From Eledone cirrhosa (lineage: Eukaryota), in contig OZ024765.1 of NCBI GenBank assembly GCA_964016885.1, positions 17,980,001 through 18,044,000 of the forward strand: 64,000 bases of DNA, read 5' to 3'. How positions within the stretch are numbered: the first letter of the stretch is position 1; each line of letters opens with the position of its first letter. The position numbers and the translations under genes were made by a program. Positions 14,105 through 27,804 of this stretch are shown here, piece by piece. A model generated the notes under the pieces. It was not told where the DNA came from. It saw only the letters and a program-made list of their open reading frames with translations, and made no database searches.

Positions 14105-14605
14105 TGTTTCTACTTTTGGCACAAGGCCAGCAATTATTCCAGTGCATTACTGGTACTTTATTTTATCGACCCTGTAAGGATATAAGGCAAAGTTAACCTC
14201 GGCGGGATTTGAACTCAGAATGGCAAGGGCCGTAACTCTATACGTCAAAGCATAGCGTCCGACCCTCTACCCATACTGCCAAATAATAATAATTGTTTCT
14301 ACTTTTGGCACAAGGCCAGTAATTACCCAGTACATTACTGGTACTTTATTTTATCGACACCGTTAGGATGAAAGGCAAAATTAACCTCGGCGTGATTTGA
14401 ACTCAATGGCAAGGGCCGTAACTCTATACGTCAAAGCATAGCGTCCGACCCTCTACCGATACTGCCAAATAATAATAATTGTTTCTACTTTTGGCACAAG
14501 GCCAGCAATTACCCAGTACATTACTGGTACTTTATTTTATCGACTCCGTAAGGATGAAAGGAAAAGTTAACCTCGGCGGGATTTGAACTCAGAATGGAAA
14601 GGGAA
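14048..14605 (-). mobile_element. Three tandem main-family SINEs with (AAT)n tail
   Basis: Same SINE consensus repeated three times, preceded by (AAT)n at 14048-14104. Confidence 0.9.
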
Positions 14606-14823
14606 TGATTTCATTTATTGGCCACAAGGGCCGACATGTAGGGGATAATACAATACACAGACAGACAGTAGGGGTTTACGATAAGGTCGAGTAAAAGTGC
14701 ACAATGGCGACACTAATTTAACAATGGAAATATAAAAGATATGAAATAAACTATTGTAATATCTTATTAAATTAATTTTATGAAATAAATTAAATAAAAA
14801 TGGCGTAGACATTACAATAATAG

Positions 14824-14867
14824 TGCCACTGATGATGTTGCAGGTGTGCAACGAAAGAACTTTGATA
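14824..14867 (+). ncRNA. Possible degenerate type I hammerhead
   Basis: CTGATGA(14829)-t-gttgca/ggtg/tgcaac-GAAA-gaactt. Stems I and III are weak. Confidence 0.35.
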
Positions 14868-14998
14868 GACTATATATATATATATATTTATATCTGTATT
14901 TTTCACCGCTGGTCAATCAATGATAAACATTGATTGCCAAATAAATTAACTGTGGAGATACTCTTTTGTATAGATACTTACTCCTTTTTCAAATATTT

Positions 14999-15040
<42 letters not shown>

Positions 15041-15043
<3 letters not shown>

Positions 15044-15247
15044 CGAAGGAAATGTGGTAAGGAACCAGGTGGACCGTAACGCACCAAAGTACTCAATACT
15101 TAGGGTAGTAGAGTGGGTAATAGGAACGAGTAGGACCCCGACGGCTGAGCTCAAGCCGTTTCGACGGCTAATTCTGGACTAAATTTACTCCAGAATTACC
15201 CGTCGAAACGGCTTGAGCTCAGCCGTCGGGGTCCTACTCGTTCCTAT
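15041..15247 (-). mobile_element. Fold-back element, family A, copy 2
   Basis: Arms 15120-15178 / 15189-15247, near perfect. The tail matches the reverse complement of 9913-9988. (TA)n flanks. Confidence 0.75.
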
Positions 15248-15264
15248 ATATATATATATATGTA

Positions 15265-15723
15265 TGTAGGAGGTGAGTTTTATTGTAGCACAATAAAGCA
15301 ATGCAAATATAGGATAAGTAGCACTGAACAGTTTATAGGACTGTTGTATAAATAATATAAGATCAAAAGATGGTTAAAAGAGTTCCATGTATTTTATTAT
15401 GCGCATTTCAAAAACATCATGGGATGATATTTGCGTTCTCATCAGATAAAATTAGGGAGACATGATATGAAGCTTAAAAAACACTTGCGAGCAGTGAAGT
15501 GTTAAATCTACATATGAAAAATAAAATAAGATGGATATATGAGATTGGGAAAAAAAGAAGGAAGGGGGAAGGAAAAGGTAAGGAAGAGGAAGAAAGAAAA
15601 TAAATGATGACGGAGGAGGAGTATAAGAAGGAAGGATGAGAGAGGAGGAGAAATGAGTGAGAATTTGTTTTTGAAATGCGCATAATAAAATGCATTGAAC
15701 TTTTTTAACCATCTTTTGATCTC

Positions 15724-15730
<7 letters not shown>
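15265..15730 (-). mobile_element. Fold-back Penelope-like remnant, family D
   Basis: Arms about 15352-15416 / 15666-15730 around a purine-rich spacer. Contains a complete hammerhead. Confidence 0.75.
15391..15452 (-). ncRNA. Minimal type I hammerhead ribozyme
   Basis: attttat-CTGATGA-stem II (aaatatcat/atgatgttt)-GAAA-t-GCGC-ATA-ataaaat. 7-bp stem I and palindromic loop III. Confidence 0.85.
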
Positions 15731-15783
<53 letters not shown>

Positions 15784-15960
15784 TAAAAGGAAAAGAAAAT
15801 GCTGACAAATTGTTCCCAGTGAAAAATAGTTTAATTAGGAATAAGTAAAAATTAGTAATAGTATTGGTTAGTATTCAGTTTTGGTTTTAAGTTTTACCGG
15901 TTGCGCATTTCTAATGCTTTTCAAAAATAATTTTGAGATAGAGCGCCTAATCTGTTTGTT

Positions 15961-16028
<68 letters not shown>

Positions 16029-16029
16029 A

Positions 16030-16280
16030 AAAAGGAGTAAGGGTCTATACAAAACAGTGGTTATTATTTTTAAAAAGAGTTTTATAATGTATATAAAGTA
16101 TATAAAATATAACCGGTTCGATGTATTAGTAAAATTCATCTTATCAAATGTTGAGTATTACAATTAAAAAGAATTAAAAAGAATTAAAAATAAGAGATTT
16201 GAAATTAAGTCTTGAGACAAGTTTGTTCATCTTTCTTGTTGAGATGGGTTTTACTAATACATCGAAGCTGGTTATATTAT
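16030..16280 (-). mobile_element. Fold-back element, family C, copy 2
   Basis: Reverse complement of 10350-10540, with a short inverted arm at 16248-16279. Confidence 0.65.
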
Positions 16281-16288
16281 ATATATTA

Positions 16289-16914
16289 CTAGCAGCAGTA
16301 CCCAGCGTTGCCTGGGTAGGTAAAATAATATCTGCTGTGATGAAAATGTGTTGATCTTAGCGACTGCTTCTCGATGATTCATCTATGGTCACACACAGGC
16401 CACGCGGGAGAGGGTGGTGATGACCTCTATTACTGAGAAACGTGGGTGACTGACGAAGGGGTATAATCGGGGAGGGAGTTTCGAATTTGAACGAAATCGG
16501 TTGAAAAATGTGGGAGCTAGAGCCGAAGAGGCGGAAATTTGAGCGAAAAGGTCCTATTTTCGAATATTTAAGCGGCTGTCATGCCGTTCCTCAACAAAAA
16601 AAATGCTAAATATGAAACCATTCCAGGATGTGCAATGATAAATTCTATTTTGCTTTAAAATTTGAACGAAATCGGTGGCAAAAGCCAAAAATCTTATTTT
16701 TCGATACATAAAAAAAGGTGACCCACCTATCGATTTTTATCTGGAGAATGACCCCGGAATAAAAAGAAAACGATACGCTGATATATAGAAAACACTCCCC
16801 GATGACTAATCTATGAGCCTGTCAAGTTTCATGAAAATCGGTCGTAAGATGTAGGTCCCTATAGGTAATATACAGACACACAGACACATACTTAATTTTA
16901 TATATATATACAGA
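16289..16914 (-). mobile_element. Non-autonomous Helitron
   Basis: Minus strand begins TC (16914) and ends CTAG (16289). Subterminal hairpin tacccag/ctgggta at 16299-16318. Sits between A and T with no TSD. Confidence 0.85.
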
Positions 16915-17053
16915 TATATATTTTATATACATGATAACACTATTTTTTAAAAGAATTGTCCCTCTCATTTTTTCAATGTCTCGTTGACGCATCAAAGAAA
17001 GAAAAACAGACCCTTAAATATATTTTCCGTGCTATTTCCAATTTCACCTTCTC

Positions 17054-17148
<95 letters not shown>

Positions 17149-17158
17149 TATATGTATG

Positions 17159-17224
<66 letters not shown>

Positions 17225-17259
17225 TATAATATATATATATATATATGTATGTATGTATA

Positions 17260-17358
<99 letters not shown>

Positions 17359-17359
17359 G

Positions 17360-17392
<33 letters not shown>

Positions 17393-17393
17393 A

Positions 17394-17515
<122 letters not shown>

Positions 17516-17530
17516 TACATACATATACAC

Positions 17531-17583
<53 letters not shown>

Positions 17584-17586
17584 CAC

Positions 17587-17647
<61 letters not shown>

Positions 17648-17692
17648 CACATACATATATATATGTATATATATATTTATATATATATATAT

Positions 17693-17878
17693 AAGTTATT
17701 CCGGGTTGAATCGGAGGTAACCACAGTAAGTAAGGTACCCAATAAATAGCAGAGTATAAATGTTTTAATATAGAAGAGCTTCTACAGGTCTAGAACTGTT
17801 TCATTCGTGAGAAATCATCAGGAAGCTCCTGATGATTTCTCACGAATGAAACAGTTCTATTCTTGGAGAAGCTCTTCT
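17693..17878 (-). mobile_element. Fold-back Penelope-like remnant, family B, copy 1
   Basis: Arms 17772-17822 / 17828-17877 plus tail 17693-17771. Homologous to 32209-32400, 34001-34155 and 35395-35500. Confidence 0.8.
17776..17828 (-). ncRNA. Type I hammerhead ribozyme
   Basis: gagcttc-CTGATGA-t.ttc(tcac)gaa.t-GAAA-cag(ttctagac)ctg-TA-gaagctc. GUA triplet; palindrome tctaga in loop III. Confidence 0.85.
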
Positions 17879-17882
17879 CTCA

Positions 17883-18017
<135 letters not shown>

Positions 18018-18555
18018 GAGTGTATATATATATATACAAGATAACTGAAAACGAGGAGGGGGTTACGCTGGAGAAGAAGATTCATTTTCTTGTTTTTCTT
18101 CTTATTTTTCTGAAGATGAATATAAGGAGGATTTGATTGTCGGCTACTTTTTCTAGCCTAGCCAATGACCTTCCCGTAGCGGCTCCTACTTAACAGAGAA
18201 AACCATACGATACAACATGTCCTGTAACAGTCGTATGCATTAGGGTATCATTCCATCGGTTTGTTAGGGTGACGCGGTACGAAAGAGTGGATTTTCTCTG
18301 ACGGGCGCAAAAGTATGGAGGCACGATATTGATGCCTCTTCCTTAGTCACGTCGAGAAACCCGATCCCTGGAAGCCAACATTCGCTAGGTGCCTTGGTGC
18401 AACAGCATCGTGTTACTGCTGCTGCTGCTGTTGTTGTTGCTGTTGTTGTTGTTGTTGTTCTTATTACTATTACACATGTTCGTACGTATGCATCTATGAA
18501 TGCAGGTATGTATGTATGTATGTGTATGTATGTATGTATATATATGTATATATAT

Positions 18556-18589
<34 letters not shown>

Positions 18590-18763
18590 ATGTGTATATA
18601 TGTATATATATATATGTGTATATGTATATGTATATATATATATATATGTGTATATATGTATATATATATATACATATATGTGTGTGTGTATATATATATA
18701 TATAAATATGTATATATGTATATATATATATATATGTATATATGTATATATATATATATATAC

Positions 18764-18992
<229 letters not shown>

Positions 18993-18996
18993 TACC

Positions 18997-19060
<64 letters not shown>

Positions 19061-19067
19061 AAGGTTA

Positions 19068-19260
19068 AACAAGGTTCAATGAATAAATCAAAGAATGAGT
19101 TTTATAATAGATTGGAAACAATCTACTATGTCAGGGTATGTCATGCATCATCTTATTTTATCTGATGAGGACGTACTGTTGAAGTTAACACAGTACCTCT
19201 GAAATATGTATAATAAAATATACTTGATCACAAGAATATCTATTTTGTTAATATGTTGAA

Positions 19261-19268
<8 letters not shown>
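19068..19268 (+). mobile_element. Penelope-like remnant, family E
   Basis: 19130-19255 is homologous to 43245-43365. 19068-19118 is an inverted copy of the family tail (43402-43463). Confidence 0.75.
19154..19220 (+). ncRNA. Minimal type I hammerhead ribozyme
   Basis: tattttat-CTGATGA-gga.gtactgt/acagtac.tct-GAAA-t-atgt-ATA-ataaaata. 8-bp stem I. Confidence 0.85.
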
Positions 19269-19329
<61 letters not shown>

Positions 19330-20025
19330 TATATGTATGTATATATTGTATATATGTATGCATATATATATGTGTATATGTATGCATATATATATGTATA
19401 TATATATATATATATAAATACACACCTACAAAAATACAAATATATATGTGTGTGTGATGTGTGCGTGGATGTATGTATGTGTGTATGTATGTGTGTGTGT
19501 ATGTATGTATGTATGTGTATGTATGTGTATGTATGTATGTATGTGTGTGTTTGTATGTATGTATGTATGTGTATGTGTGTATGTATGTATGTATGTATGT
19601 ATGTGTGTGTGTATGTATGTGTGTGTGTATGTATGTGTATGTATGTGTATGTATGTATGTATGTATGTGTGTATGTATGTGTGTGTATGCGGAAATGTTT
19701 CATTGCTACGTTGGTTTTCTCCAATTCAATGACGATCACGTGACTTGAAGAATGTCCGGTATTAAATTCCTACTGACCTAAGCGCACGGATCAGTTACAA
19801 AGTCACCTGACCACACACTCACGCAATCTTTATAACCCTAAGTTGTGAAAGACTTTACCAGGTCGCTCTCTTTGCTAGAAACACCAACAGAATTTACCCT
19901 AAATCGCAACGCAATGTTTTGCAAAATCGATGCACAATCTATAGGGTTCAACGAAAATCATTCAGTTTAGAAACTAAATTTGTTTTCGCTCTAACATGGT
20001 GGATACCTAAATGTATTTGTGAGTG

Positions 20026-20947
20026 AATAATAATAATTTGTTCTACTTTTGGCACAAGGCCAGCAATTAATCCAGTGTATTACTGGTACTTTATTTTATC
20101 GATCCCGTAAGGATGAAAGGCAAAGTTAACCCCTGCGGGATTTTAACTCAAGCTGTAAAGGGCTGTAACTCTATTCTACAAAGCATGGCGCCCCTCCCTC
20201 TACCGATACTGCCAATCCATAATAATAATTGCTTCTACTTTTGGCACAAGGCCAGCAAATACCCAGTGCATTACTGGTACTTTATTTTATCGACCCCGTA
20301 AGGATGTAAGGCAGAGTTAACCTCGACGGGATGCTGCCATAATAATAATTCTTTCTACTGTTGGCACAAGGCCAGCAATTATCACAGTGTATTACTGATA
20401 CTTTATTTTATTGACCACGTAAGGATAAAAGGCAAACTTAACCTTGGCGGGATTTGAACTCAGAACGTAAAGGTACCTAACTATGCTTGAAAGCATGGCG
20501 TCCGACACTTTACCGACACTGCCAATTCACAGAGGATCGCACGCCACGCTTTGAAGCATGTCACTTTAAGATCTGAGTTCAAATCCCGTCGAGGTTAACT
20601 TTGCCTTTCATCCTTACGGCGTCGATAAAATATAGTACCAGTAATGCATGAGATAATTGCTGGCCTTGTGCCAAAACTAGAAATAATTATTATTTATTGA
20701 TAGAAGGTCGGACGCCATACTTTGTAGCATAGAGTTAGGGTCCTTTACAATCTGAGTTCAAATCCCGTCGAGGTTAACTTTACCTTTTATCCTTACGGTG
20801 TCAATAAAATAAAGTACCAGTAACGTACTGGAGTCGATCTAATCACCCCCCCCCCCCCCCAAATTGCTGGCCTTGTGCCTATACTATAAATCATTATTAT
20901 GTGAAAGGGCAGTGAATTGTCAGTATCTGTAGAGCGTCAGACGCCAT
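20026..20947. mobile_element. Cluster of main-family SINEs: three minus, then two plus and a head
   Basis: Consensus segments on minus at 20026-20530 and on plus at 20535-20900. Confidence 0.85.
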
Positions 20948-21360
20948 GGACATGTGGTTAGAATGTCTCAGGAAAGAATCACTGGACAGATTTGTAGCTC
21001 GGAGATCAGAGAATCACTCCAGGTAGAGTTGCTCCTCCGAATTGAGAGATCACAGCTCTGATACTATGGACATGTGGTTAGAATGTCTCAGGAAAGAATC
21101 ACTGGACAGGTTTGTAGCTCAGAGATCAGAGAATCACTCCAGGTAGAGCTGTTACTTCTCCGAATTGAGAGATGACAGCTCTGATACTATGGACATGTGG
21201 TTAGAATGTCTCAGAAAAGAATCACTGGACATGTTTGTAGCTCGGAGATCAGAGAATCACTCCAGGTAGAGCTGCTCCTTCTCCGAATTGGTAGATCACA
21301 GCTCTGATACTATGGGAATGTGGTTAGAATGTCTCAGGAAAGAATCGCTGGACAGATTTC
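20945..21360 (+). repeat. Tandem triplication (120-123 bp) of an RTE ORF fragment
   Basis: Unit encodes EIRESLQVELLLLRIERSQL*YYGHVVRMSQERITGQ, with the RTE-type GHVVRM motif. Confidence 0.75.
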
Positions 21361-22640
21361 ATGGGAATAGATTGCTGTAAAAATATGTAGAGTAAAGACT
21401 TCATTTGTTAAAAATATGTAGAGTAAAGACTTCATTTGTTAAAATATGTAGAGTAAAGACTTCATTTGTTAAACTATGTAGAGTATAGACTTCATTTGTT
21501 AAAACGTCATACTGCTGTTTTGTACTCATCAAAAGAGTATTGCTAATGTGGTTTAATTCAAATATTTAGAGTAGCTTTACTTGTCGACAGATTGCTGTAA
21601 AAATATACAGTATTAAAGTAAAGACTCCATTTGTTAATGTGATGCAGTCAGCAGTCATACTAATGTGGTTTGTTAATTCAAATATCTGTCATATCTTTAC
21701 TTGGGAACAGATTGCTGTAAAAATATGCAGTATTAGAGTAAAGACTTCATTTGTTAATGTAATGCAGTCATACCGCTGTTTTGTACTTCTCAAAATGGTA
21801 TTACTAATGTGGTTTGTTAATTCAAATATTTGTAGTAGCTTTACTGGTGGACAAATTGCAGTAAAACTTTGTAGCAAACTAAAGCCAAGTTTTTTAATAG
21901 TTAAAGTAATGCAGTCGTTTTTCAAGAATGCCTTATTAATGGGATTTTATGTGGTTTGTTAATTCAAATATTTATAATATCTTTACTAGAGGACAAATTG
22001 TTGTGACAATTTGCAGTGATAGAGTAAAGTCTTTATTTGTTAATGTGATGAAGACACAATGTTGTTTTGGACTTCTCAAAACTGTCTTACTGATGGGATT
22101 TCACGTGGTTTGTTAATTCTAATATTTATCATATATTTACTAGTGGACAGTTTGTTGTAAAACATTGCAGTATTATTGTCTTTATTTGTTAATGTGATGC
22201 AGTCATAGTGATGCTTTATACTTCTCAAGAAGTCATTACTAATGTTCCTTCATGTGGTTTACTAATTCTAATATTTATAGTATATTTACTAGTGGACAAT
22301 TTATTGTAAACATTGCCTACTACAATGGTATATTAGAAAATATCTAAAAACAAGTTGTTACTTCAAATATTTATAGTATTTTTACGAATGAACGGATCAT
22401 TATAACACTTTGCAGCATTGAAGTAAAGACATATTTTAATGTAATGAAGACATAATTCTGTTGTTTCTCTTACTTCTCGTGTGGTTTAGTAATTCTATTG
22501 TGTCATGTATCTTGTATCTTTACTCAAGGACAGGTTGTTGTGACAATACTCTGTATTAGAATAAATAGTTAGATTATAAATGGGATGCAGTGAGAGAGTT
22601 GTTTTGTAATTTTTTAAGAATGTATTGCTAATGCTGTTTC
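21361..22640. repeat. Old AT-rich degenerate tandem repeat (about 120-150 bp)
   Basis: Recurrent tgtggtttgttaattcaaatattt...ctttact...gaca.att...gtaaaa...gtaaagacttcatttgttaatgt motif, with a 29-bp subrepeat at 21380-21500. Confidence 0.75.
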
Positions 22641-23399
22641 TAAAAGAGTCAGTCTAACTAGAGGAAGAAGGTTCTAGCGGACCACCACCCGTGTAACGAT
22701 CGCAGTAAATAAGGAGTTAGTTTGGGGGCCCAGGGCACCAGATATTTCCATCGCAATAGGTGTGACGATAAACATCTCGGAAATGCATTAAGATACTAAA
22801 CGAGCCAGTCCAACTTGCAGGACTTGTTCTTGCTGGTTGCTATCTCCATCCCAAAGAAACTAAGTAGGGACATGGTTCGGGGACCAATGGTGCTGGATGT
22901 TACCTCTGCTATGGGTTTGCCAAAGATTCTATGAGAGACCGGCTGGAACTTTGATGGCCTGTGGTTTCAGCCTGTCGAGCAACAGACCCAGGGTTTGGCA
23001 CACAGATTTGACCAGGTAAGTAGCGGGTAACAGTGCAGGGAGCTACTTAGATCCAGGAAGGACACCACATTTTTCTATTCGCTGTAAGATAAACCTGTCA
23101 GAGAACGACGGATATGTGCTAAAGGGCCCAGTCCAGCTAGTTGAGTTTGTTCTTGTGGATGGTAATCTCTGTAGGAAAGAGGTGGGTAGTTGGGAGGGCA
23201 TTCACAGGAAGGATTCCAGATACTTGTATAGATTCAACGAGAAAACTCTCAGAAAGTGGCCGGTACTTGGTCAACTTGTGATCTTCAGTTTGTCGGACAA
23301 CGGAGTCTGGTTCGGACTCGCTGAATTCAAGGGTTTACTGCTGGAGTAGAGAAGTAAAAATATACGATAGTTATTAAGGTTTATGGAGTCAGGAAACCT

Positions 23400-23650
23400 A
23401 AGCTTCATCAAGACGTTGCGCTTAAACGGGTTTCTGTTAAATGACGAAAATTACAAAAGTTCCCTCTGGTCAGGACGCCAGTCCATAGCAGAGTTAAACT
23501 CCCCATGTACAGCTGGCTCTCGTGTACAGCTGAGTATACTAGAACAACGTGAAATGATGTGTTTTGCCCAAGGACACAGCATACAACCCAGTCAAGAATG
23601 GAGCCCATGACATTATGATTGTAAGACCAACACACTTACCACTTGAGTGA
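23400..23650 (-). mobile_element. Second tRNA-derived SINE family (V-SINE-like core)
   Basis: Reverse-complement homolog of 31860-32130; atggactggcgtcctg.ccagaggga core. Confidence 0.7.
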
Positions 23651-25910
23651 CGTGACTCAAGAACACAACACAAAACCTAGTCAACAATCATCGAACCCAC
23701 GACAGTATGATCGTTAAGTCCACCATCGTTACCAGTAGAGTGACGTGAATGAAGGGTCTTGCTCAAGAAGATAACACACAACCTGGACTAGGAATCGAAC
23801 CCACGACAGTATGATCGTTAAGTCCAGCATCGTTACCAGTAGAGTGACGTGAATGAAGGGTCTTGCTCAAGAAGATAACACACAACCTGGACTAGGAATC
23901 GAACCCACGACAGTATGATCGTTAAGTCCAGCATCGTTATCAGTAGAGTGACGTGAATGAAGGGTCTTGCTCAAGAAGATAACACACAACCTGGACTAGG
24001 AATCGAACCCACGACAGTATGATCGTTAAGTCCAGCATCGTTACCAGTAGAGTGACGTGAATGAAGGGTCTTGCTCAAGAAGATAACACACAACCTGGAC
24101 TAGGAATCGAACCCACGACATTATGATCGTTAAGTCCAGCATCGTTACCAGTAGAGTGACGTGAATGAAGGGTCTTGCTCAAGAAGATAACACACAACCT
24201 GGACTAGGAATCGAACCCACGACATTATGATCGTTAAGTCCAGCATCGTTACCAGTAGAGTGACGTGAATGAAGGGTCTTGCTCAAGAAGATAACACACA
24301 AACTGGACTAGGAATCGAACCCACGACAGTATGATCGTTAAGTCCAGCATCGTTACCAGTAGAGTGACGTGAATGAAGGGTCTTGCTCAAGAAGATAACA
24401 CACAACCTGGACTAGGAATCGAACCCACGACATTATGATCGTTAAGTCCAGCATCGTTACCAGTAGAGTGACGTGAATGAAGGGTCTTGCTCAAGAAGAT
24501 AACACACAACCTGGACTAGGAATCGAACCCACGACAGTATGATCGTTAAGTCCAGCATCGTTACCATTAGAGTGACGTGAATGAAGGGTCTTGCTCAAGA
24601 AGATAACACACAACCTGGACTAGGAATCGAACCCACGACATTATGATCGTTAAGTCCAGCATCGTTACCAGTAGAGTGACGTGAATGAAGGGTCTTGCTC
24701 AAGAAGATAACACACAACCTGGACTAGGAATCGAACCCACGACAGTATGATCGTTAAGTCCAGCATCGTTACCAGTAGAGTGACGTGAATGAAGGGTCTT
24801 GCTCAAGAAGATAACACACAACCTGGACTAGGAATCGAACCCACGACAGTATGATCGTTAAGTCCAGCATCGTTACCAGTAGAGTGACGTGAATGAAGGG
24901 TCTTGCTCAAGAAGATAACACACAACCTGGACTAGGAATCGAACCCACGACAGTATGATCGTTAAGTCCAGCATCGTTACCAGTAGAGTGACGTAAATGA
25001 AGGGTCTTGCTCAAGAAGATAACACACAACCTGGACTAGGAATCGAACCCACGACATTATGATCGTTAAGTCCAGCATCGTTACCAGTAGAGTGACGTGA
25101 ATGAAGGGTCTTGCTCAGGAAGATAACACACAACCTGGACTAGGAATCGAACCCACGACAGTATGATCGTTAAGTCCAGCATCGTTACCAGTAGAGTGAC
25201 GTGAATGAAGGGTCTTGCTCAAGAAGATAACACACAACCTGGACTAGGAATCGAACCCACGACATTATGATCGTTAAGTCCAGCATCGTTACCAGTAGAG
25301 TGACGTGAATGAAGGGTCTTGCTCAAGAAGATAACACACAACCTGGACTAGGAATCGAACCCACGACATTATGATCGTTAAGTCCAGCATCGTTACCAGT
25401 AGAGTGACGTGAATGAAGGGTCTTGCTCAAGAAGATAACACACAAACTGGACTAGGAATCGAACCCACGACATTATGATCGTTAAGTCCAGCATCGTTAC
25501 CAGTAGAGTGACGTGAATGAAGGGTCTTGCTCAAGAAGATAACACACAACCTGGACTAGGAATCGAACCCACGACATTATGATCGTTAAGTCCAGCATCG
25601 TTACCAGTAGAGTGACGTGAATGAAGGGTCTTGCTCAAGAAGATAACACACAAACTGGACTAGGAATCGAACCCACGACATTATGATCGTTAAGTCCAGC
25701 ATCGTTACCAGTAGAGTGACGTGAATGAAGGGTCTTGCTCAAGAAGATAACACACAACCTGGACTAGGAATCGAACCCACGACATTATGATCGTTAAGTC
25801 CAGCATCGTTACCAGTAGAGTGACGTGAATGAAGGGTCTTGCTCAAGAAGATAACACACAACCTGGACTAGGAATCGAACCCACGACATTATGATCGTTA
25901 AGTCCAACAT
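23650..25910 (-). repeat. 104-bp satellite derived from a SINE tRNA head, about 21 copies
   Basis: Period 23781, 23885, 23989. Minus unit contains tactggtaac (A-box-like) and gggttcgattcc (B box). Confidence 0.92.
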
Positions 25911-26320
25911 CGAACCCACGACATTACGATCGCTAAGTCCAACCTCGGACCTACGACATTAAGATCGCTAAGTCCAACCTCGGACCTACGACATTAAGAT
26001 CGCTAAGTCCAACATCGAACCCACAACATTACGATCGTTATGTCCAACATCGAACCCACAACATTACGATCGCTAAGTCCAACCTCGGACCTACGACATT
26101 ACGACCGCTAAGACCAGCCTCGAACCCACAACATTAAGATCGCTAAGTCCAACATCGAACCCACGACATTGCGATCGCTAAGTCCAACCTCGAACCCACG
26201 ACATTGCGATCGCTAAGTCCAACCTCGAACCAACGACATTGCGATCGCTAAGTCCAACCTCGGAACTACGACATTGCGATCGCTAAGACCAGCCTCGTTA
26301 CCAGTAAGCCACGCACATCC
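25911..26320 (-). repeat. 35-bp subrepeat of the same SINE head, about 11 copies, ending in the SINE 5' start
   Basis: cgaacccacgacattacgatcgctaagtccaacct units at 25911, 25946, 25981. Ends gttaccagtaagccacgcacatcc. Confidence 0.85.
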
Positions 26321-26664
26321 ACAAATTGTGCAATGCTGAAAATAAAATAGCCCAGTGTTACAAACCAATAATTGTATGAATGAAGTAAACCATACACGAA
26401 TCTATGAATGAAAAATAAAGTAAAACAAAATAATAAAATGATTTACTCAAAGAATTCAGAAATCAACGAACGGTCGAACTAGTGAATGAATGAATGACAG
26501 AATGAATGAATAAACGAACGGACGAATGATATAATTAATCAATGAATGAATATAGAAGGCAATGGAATGAAGGAATAATGGAATAATGAAATATAGAGAC
26601 GTTGAATATACGCAATATTTGTGGGGTATTTCTCAGTAGCTAACAAATTGAATTGTGATATCAC

Positions 26665-26764
<100 letters not shown>

Positions 26765-26804
26765 TACACTGATACATACAAACACACATACACTCACATA
26801 CACA

Positions 26805-26876
<72 letters not shown>

Positions 26877-26888
26877 CATATATATATA

Positions 26889-26926
<38 letters not shown>

Positions 26927-27081
26927 AATATATATGTATATATATATATATAAGCATATATATATATATGCATATATATATGTGTATATATATATATATG
27001 TATATTATATGCACACACATCTATATACACATAAATAAACATACATACAAACACACATGCATTCACACACATGCATATATA

Positions 27082-27133
<52 letters not shown>

Positions 27134-27599
27134 CATGTATATACATACACACACATATATATATTTATATATATATATATATATATACACACGTGTGTGT
27201 GAGTGTGCGTTATTACGTATATGCATCAGCGATTCGTCATGAATGGACAAACTCTACACCCTTCACTGGACAGTGTATCGTAATTGTTGTTGTGTAGAAT
27301 GGCCAGCGACACCCACAGCATGAGCCGCTTACTCGGTAAGTCCACAAGTAGGTTAGTCTGTTCCGGACAACTGGAACACTCGTTCCAGTTAGCCGGAGAC
27401 CCTCGATGTTGACCAGCATGAAAAGGAACTGGTCAGTTGGGGGCTAATATGTGGTCACCTTCTTTTCCAAGGACACCAGAGATCTCAATGGTGACCAACT
27501 CAACAAATAAACAATCAGTTGATGGCTAGTAGTGGCCATCTTCTTATAGACGACCAGTCATCACATTAATGACCAGTCTGGCAGTTCAATGGTCAAATA

Positions 27600-27803
27600 A
27601 TGATTTCTGGCATAGTCACAAGGCCAGTAATTTGGGGAGGAGGGGAAAGTAGATTAAATCTACCCCAGTACATTACTGGTACTTTATGTTATCGACCCCG
27701 TAAGGATGAAAGGCAGAGCTAACCTCGGCGGCATTTGAACTCAGAACGTAAAGGATCTTAGGTCTATGCTGCAAAGCATGGCGTCCCACGCCCCACCGAT
27801 ACT
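27600..27803 (-). mobile_element. Main-family SINE
   Basis: Consensus match, inserted among degenerate units of the adjacent satellite. Confidence 0.85.
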
Positions 27804-27804
27804 G

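Noticed and set aside
18110-18410. GC-balanced island as an exon or ribozyme
   Set aside because: No recognisable frame, splice pair or fold; probably an unclassified repeat fragment.
23650-25910. tRNA gene cluster
   Set aside because: No complete cloverleaf or acceptor stem; the units include SINE body sequence.
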